Shown: one piece after another, positions 59,595 through 64,000 of the stretch
Numbering within the stretch: position 1 is the first letter of the stretch
How the letters are laid out: the number at the start of each line of letters is the position of its first letter
Assembly: GCA_947258975.1 (NCBI GenBank)
Contig: CAMYKK010000016.1
Coordinates: forward strand, 6,673-70,672
Reading direction: 5' to 3'
DNA: 64,000 nucleotides
From: an uncultured Gammaproteobacteria bacterium
GTDB lineage: Bacteria; Pseudomonadota; Gammaproteobacteria; Arenicellales; JAANXG01
The notes under the pieces: generated by a model
Seen by the model: only the letters and a program-made list of their open reading frames with translations
Told to the model about the DNA's origin: nothing
Databases searched by the model: none
Translations under genes and position numbers: made by a program

Positions 59595-60125
59595 TTACTC
59601 AGCCAACTCGCGGACCTTATCGGCCACCGCGTCGGCGACGGCACGGGTGCCGGCATCGCCACCCAGATCAGGCGTGCGCATAAATTCCTCCGGTCCCTCG
59701 TGCATCGAGCGGTCAGCATAAAAGCCTTCGGTGTTCTCGCGCACGATCACCAGATCGAATGTCATCCCGATGGGCGATGCAACGTTGTTTCGCGTTCGAG
59801 CCGGACGAATATTGGCAAACAAATCCAGTTGCTTGCGGAGCTCACCCGAGGGGTTGACGCCGCCTTGCGCGGCGGGCGGATAATCGTTGTGTGCGACCGG
59901 CCCGAGGACAATCCCGTTGGCCTGTGCGGCCTGTTCAATCACGGTGACAGGCAGGGTGCTACCTTGGGACTTCAAAGCATTGAAGCCGACCTCGCCGGGA
60001 ACGAATGTCATGCGCAGATCAATCACATCGTTAACCGTCCCGAGCACGTGCAGTGGGGCGGCAGTGATCTCCGGTCCGATGCCGTCCCCTTCCAAAATGA
60101 GCAGGCGTAGCGGTTTGTGTGTCAC
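59595..60125 (-). pseudogene. Isocitrate/isopropylmalate dehydrogenase family gene with a large in-frame internal deletion
   Basis: EGDGIGPEI, LRKQLDLFANIRP and RENTEGFY joined almost directly to the C-terminal RTPDLGG; only 176 aa. Confidence 0.85.
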
Positions 60126-60129
60126 CGGG

Positions 60130-61194
60130 CTAGCGTAACGACCTGCTACTTCTGGATTGATGTTGTTTTGAGTGCATGGCGAGCATCGGTGCAAAAGAAA
60201 AGATCAACAATACCCGAAATATGTGGTGGGCGGCCACGAAAACGGGGTCGATGTGCAGTAATACGGCGATTAGTGACATTTCGGCGATGCCACCGGGGAC
60301 GAACGCCAACAGGACTGCCGCGAATTCAAATCCCATGGCTCGGCTCAATGTCCAGGCGAACAGGCCCGCCCATGCAAGCAGCAACAAGGTCAGTAGCGAA
60401 GACAGGGCCAAAATCCGCAGCAGATCGGCGGCCCGGGTGTTGGCGAATTGAGCGCCGACATAGGCGCCGACAATCAATTGAACAATGTCGAGTAGCCAGT
60501 TGGGAGGCACCGCCGTGGTCACAGACAGAAGATGAATCGCGACGCTGAAAATCAGCGGCCCAAGCAGAAACGGATTGGGCAACCGCACCAGACGCCCGGC
60601 GAATGCCCCCAACACCGCGCACCCCAACAGCAGCACCACGTCCACGGGCGGTAACGTGGCCCATGGACTGAAGCCGGGCCGGGCACCTGCAATGTCGACG
60701 CCGGCGACGAGTCTCATAGTTGGGGGTAGCAATAGCAGGACCAACGCCAGGCGGGAGGCGTGCGCAAGTCCGATACGTCGCGGATCTCCCCCTAAGGCGC
60801 TGCCGGTGAAAATCATCTCGCTGAGACCGCCGGGTATGCCGGCATAAGTCGCCGATACTACGTCGAATCCCATGACCTTGCGGCAGTATAAGATCGCCAG
60901 CGGCGAAGCAGTGACTACGAACACGGCCATCGCCGCCAGCGTCAGCCACCAATCCTGGGCGCGCGCAATGAGATCTGGGGTCAAAGCGCTGCCAATGGTC
61001 ACGCCTAAGACCGTGAGCGCCGGATTGCGGACATAGGCGCTCATAGCCAACCGCAGACCGGAGAAACTGCCGAGCATCGTAGCTACCAGCGCGCCCAACA
61101 GCCACGGCAGCGGCAGATGCAGGCTGGCAAACACGGCGCCGCCGGCGAGTCCTAAGGCCAGGGTTTGTAGTGTCGGTCGAACAGCGTGTTGCAT
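60130..61194 (-). CDS. AbrB-family membrane protein (putative ammonia monooxygenase-like family)
   Basis: PLPWLLG, PGGLSEM, LPNPFLLGP, PGGIAEMSL, HHIFR duplicated-domain motifs. Confidence 0.88.
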   Translation of the reverse strand: MQHAVRPTLQTLALGLAGGAVFASLHLPLPWLLGALVATMLGSFSGLRLAMSAYVRNPALTVLGVTIGSALTPDLIARAQDWWLTLAAMAVFVVTASPLAILYCRKVMGFDVVSATYAGIPGGLSEMIFTGSALGGDPRRIGLAHASRLALVLLLLPPTMRLVAGVDIAGARPGFSPWATLPPVDVVLLLGCAVLGAFAGRLVRLPNPFLLGPLIFSVAIHLLSVTTAVPPNWLLDIVQLIVGAYVGAQFANTRAADLLRILALSSLLTLLLLAWAGLFAWTLSRAMGFEFAAVLLAFVPGGIAEMSLIAVLLHIDPVFVAAHHIFRVLLIFSFAPMLAMHSKQHQSRSSRSLR

Positions 61195-61570
61195 CGACGG
61201 TGGTTACTATCCTGTGTTGTTGAGCCCGTTGGGTGGAAATCTAATGTGAGGCATCCACCTCGATCCGACCTGCAATGGCTGTTGACCACGCATCATCAAG
61301 CTTGTCCCCAGGCGCAAGGTGATGCCTGTCAATCTTTACCGTGGTGCGCCGGTGATCACACGCGCTACGGTGGGCGGATTGTGCCCACGACCGCAGGTTC
61401 AGGCTGCGTGTGGCCTGGATTTGACTTTCGGGCAGGCCTGTATCACCGTCTAGCGCGGGTCATCGCAATGTTTCACGGTGCCCGTGTTCGTACTCGCCGG
61501 GATTACACGCAGACCCTGCATCCCCCGCCTGAAGTCAGATACAGCCATTATGATGCGGTGCACCATTCCT

Positions 61571-61600
61571 TTGCAAATGAGCGCTTGTTATCAATACAAT
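61571..61600 (+). promoter_or_regulatory. Putative sigma70 promoter of tctC with overlapping near-palindrome
   Basis: TTGCAA-N18-TACAAT; TTGTTATCAATACAA near-palindrome overlapping the -10. Confidence 0.4.
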
Positions 61601-61750
61601 CCGGATACGCTAACTCGGCGATGACAGCTGGGGCGTTATTCGTTATTCAATTTAGATCACTGCCACGGAAATAATGAGGAGGATTGCAACGCGGAACGAG
61701 TGTTCATTCCCACTAGTCCTCGACCTTTGAAACCAGCCTGGAGGGAAAAA

Positions 61751-62874
61751 GTGACTAAATTAGTGAACCCGTAACGCGACGCACGTTCATAGCAACGGTC
61801 GCCGCAGCGTTTGCGAGCGCCGTGTTAATCGGTTTGGCGACGGCTCCCAACACCAGCGTTGCCGCTGATTTCAGCGGCAAGACCATCGAATGGATTATTC
61901 CGTTCAAGGAAGGCGGTGGCTCGGACAAATGGTCTCGGTTCTACGCGCCGCTTCTTTTCGAGGCGTTGCCGGGCAAGCCGACGGTGGTGGTCAAGAATAT
62001 GCCGGGCGCCGGTTCCACCAAGGGTGCGAACTACTTTGCCTCGCGTGTGAAGCCCGACGGGCTCACCATTTTCGGATCTTCCGGTTCCACCCAATTTCCT
62101 TTTCTACTGGGTGATCCGCGCGTGAAGTACAACTACGCAGATTGGAACGTCGTTTTGGCTACGGCCACCGGTGGTGTCGCCTACCTGCAACCGGACCTGG
62201 GCGCCAAGTGGAAACAAGATCCAAAGTCGATTCTTGACACCAATTTCATCTACGGCTCACAGGGCGCGACGCGTCTCGACTTGGTGCCGCTGCTGGCTTT
62301 TGAGATGCTCGGCCGGAAGGTTGATCCGGTATTCGCGATCAAGGGCCGCGGCGCGGGACGGTTGATGTTCGAACGCGGCGAAGCCAATATCGACTACCAG
62401 ATCTCATCGGCTTTTCTATCCAAGGTCATGCCGTTGGTAAAAGAAGGCAAGGCGGTGCCGATCATGACATGGGGTGCGCTGGACGATAACGGCAACATAG
62501 TCCTCGATCCGACCTTCCCGGACCTGCCGACGTTTAAAGAGGTGTACACCCAAGTCAAAGGCCAGGCGCCCTCCGGGGATGCGTGGGAGGCCTGGAAGGC
62601 CTTCTTCATCGCCGGCTTTCCCGCGCAGAAGATGGTGTTCCTACCCAAGGGCACGTCGCAGGACATCATCGATACTTTTAGCAACGCCTTCCAAAAAGTC
62701 ATCAACCGGCCGGACTTTCCGCAGATTTCAAAAAAACGTCTCGGTGTCTATTCGCAGGCCACCGGGGCCAAGGCCGCCGCCTTCAAGAAAAGAGGCAGCG
62801 AAGTCGATCTCAAAGCCATCGCCTGGATCAAGGGTTGGCTCAAGGACCGCTATGGGGTGGAGCTGAAAAAGTAG
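61751..62874 (+). CDS. tctC: Tripartite tricarboxylate transporter substrate-binding protein (TctC/Bug); apparent frameshift in the signal peptide
   Basis: IPFKEGGGSD, NMPGAG, FERGE; GGAGG RBS + GTG 61751 reads VTKLVNP*, while Tat-like TRRTFI lies in the main frame. Confidence 0.75.
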
Positions 62875-63044
62875 ACGCCACATAGCCGGGCGCGGCGTGC
62901 GCCGCGCCCGCACGCCTTGCGGCGATCGCAGCGCACAACGCGGCGTTGCCGCCGCCGATAATCAACACGTCATAGATGAGGTAGGTGTCGATCATGGATG
63001 AGAATGGGAGACCAGGTCTAACTCGCGTCCCGTGTCCATGCAGT

Positions 63045-64000
63045 TCAATTCTTTACTTTCGCGAGCTTGAGATGGCCGTCGCGGGTCTGCGGCGTTTTCA
63101 TGTCGAGCACGGAGCCGGCGATCTGGGTTTTCAAGATCTGTGCGGTGCCGCCGCCGATGGTGAACATGCGCGCGTCGCGCACCATGCGCTCAAGGGGCAG
63201 GTTTCGTGAATAGCCGCTCGCGCCGTGGATCTGCAGCGCGTCGTTGGTGACTCGGATCGCGGTTTCGGACGCGAGGACCTTGGCCTGTGCCGCCTCGCGC
63301 ATGTCGGGAAAGCCGGTGCCCGCCCCCGCCGCCGCCTTGTAGACGAGCGCCTGCGCCGCGGCCAGCCCAATGGACATATCGGCGATCATCCACTGCAGCC
63401 CTTGAAACTCGGCGATCGGCCGCCCGAACTGCTCACGCAGCTTGGCATACTCGACGGCGAGCTCGTACGCGCCTTCAGCGATTCCGAGCGCCACCGTAGC
63501 GGCGCCGACGCGCTGTGCGTTGTACGCGTTCATGAGCCCCGCGAAACCGCGCTTCAGTCCCTGCGGGGGGGTGACCGCCATATCCTCCGCCACCTCCAGA
63601 TCTTGGAACACGATCTCGGTCTCCGGGATACCGCGCAGACCCATCGCCGGCTCGCGCCTGCCGACAATCAGGCCCTCGTCCTCTTCGCGCACCGCGATGA
63701 AACCGCCGATGCCCTGGTGCTCGCCGTCATCCATCACCCGCGCGAAGATCAAATGCAGTCGCGATACGCCGCCGCCGGTGATCCAGTGCTTAAGGCCGTT
63801 GATCACATAGCGGTCACCGTCTTTCACCGCGGTGGTGGTCATCTCGGTTGCGGCGCTGCCGGCGCCGGGCTCGGTGATGCAGATGGCCGGTTTGTCACCG
63901 GCCAACACCAGTGCCGCGGCGCGTCGCTTCTGCTTGTCGGTCCCGTATTTCATGATCGCTCCGATGGCACCCATGTTCGCCTCGACCACGATGCGCGCGG
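63045..64000 (-). CDS. Acyl-CoA dehydrogenase family, 3-sulfinopropionyl-CoA desulfinase-like; 5' end outside window
   Basis: VEANMG, KPAICITEP, HWITGGGVS, YNAQRVG, RDARMFTIGGGTAQ (no C-terminal catalytic Glu), PQTRDG. Confidence 0.75.
   Translation of the reverse strand, partial: ARIVVEANMGAIGAIMKYGTDKQKRRAAALVLAGDKPAICITEPGAGSAATEMTTTAVKDGDRYVINGLKHWITGGGVSRLHLIFARVMDDGEHQGIGGFIAVREEDEGLIVGRREPAMGLRGIPETEIVFQDLEVAEDMAVTPPQGLKRGFAGLMNAYNAQRVGAATVALGIAEGAYELAVEYAKLREQFGRPIAEFQGLQWMIADMSIGLAAAQALVYKAAAGAGTGFPDMREAAQAKVLASETAIRVTNDALQIHGASGYSRNLPLERMVRDARMFTIGGGTAQILKTQIAGSVLDMKTPQTRDGHLKLAKVKN

Overview
Gammaproteobacteria-like chromosomal window (GC roughly 55-60%, estimated by eye) with no rRNA, tRNA, CRISPR array or intact transposase. 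It has six parts. (1) 1-11.8 kb is a lipid catabolism/uptake block: fadE 3' end, acyl-CoA ligase, enoyl-CoA hydratase, lipase, then DUF1302-DUF1329-YCF48/BNR-MMPL. (2) 11.9-20 kb holds pcm, fumC, an MDR oxidoreductase, an atypical orphan feoB, an FMN reductase and panB. (3) 20-27.1 kb is a complete ccmABCDEFGHI operon; ccmD is absent from the ORF track. (4) 27-51 kb is a low-oxygen island with eight intergenic FNR-type boxes. It contains fixL-fixJ-single receiver-fnr, ccoNOQP/GH/IS, a divergent pdxH, a USP, a multi-zinc-ribbon protein, Pat acetyltransferase, a lipoprotein cytochrome c, phaC, a baeRF1/host-attachment protein, Yip1 and a hemerythrin. (5) 51-56 kb is a TolC + miniature adaptor + RND system. 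(6) 56-64 kb is a partly decayed accessory tail: M14 peptidase with an in-frame TAG, M23 peptidase, MFS, internally deleted IDH/IPMDH, AbrB, frameshifted tctC and a 3-sulfinopropionyl-CoA desulfinase-like gene. Non-coding highlights are a 174-bp MITE with 15-bp TIRs and an 11-bp target duplication, and a 7x24-bp tandem array nested inside a REP-like palindrome. The best candidate for an undescribed system is the FixLJ->[4Fe-4S]FNR cascade and the apparent hypoxic dormancy module it controls. All calls come from motif and family recognition by eye; no searches were run.
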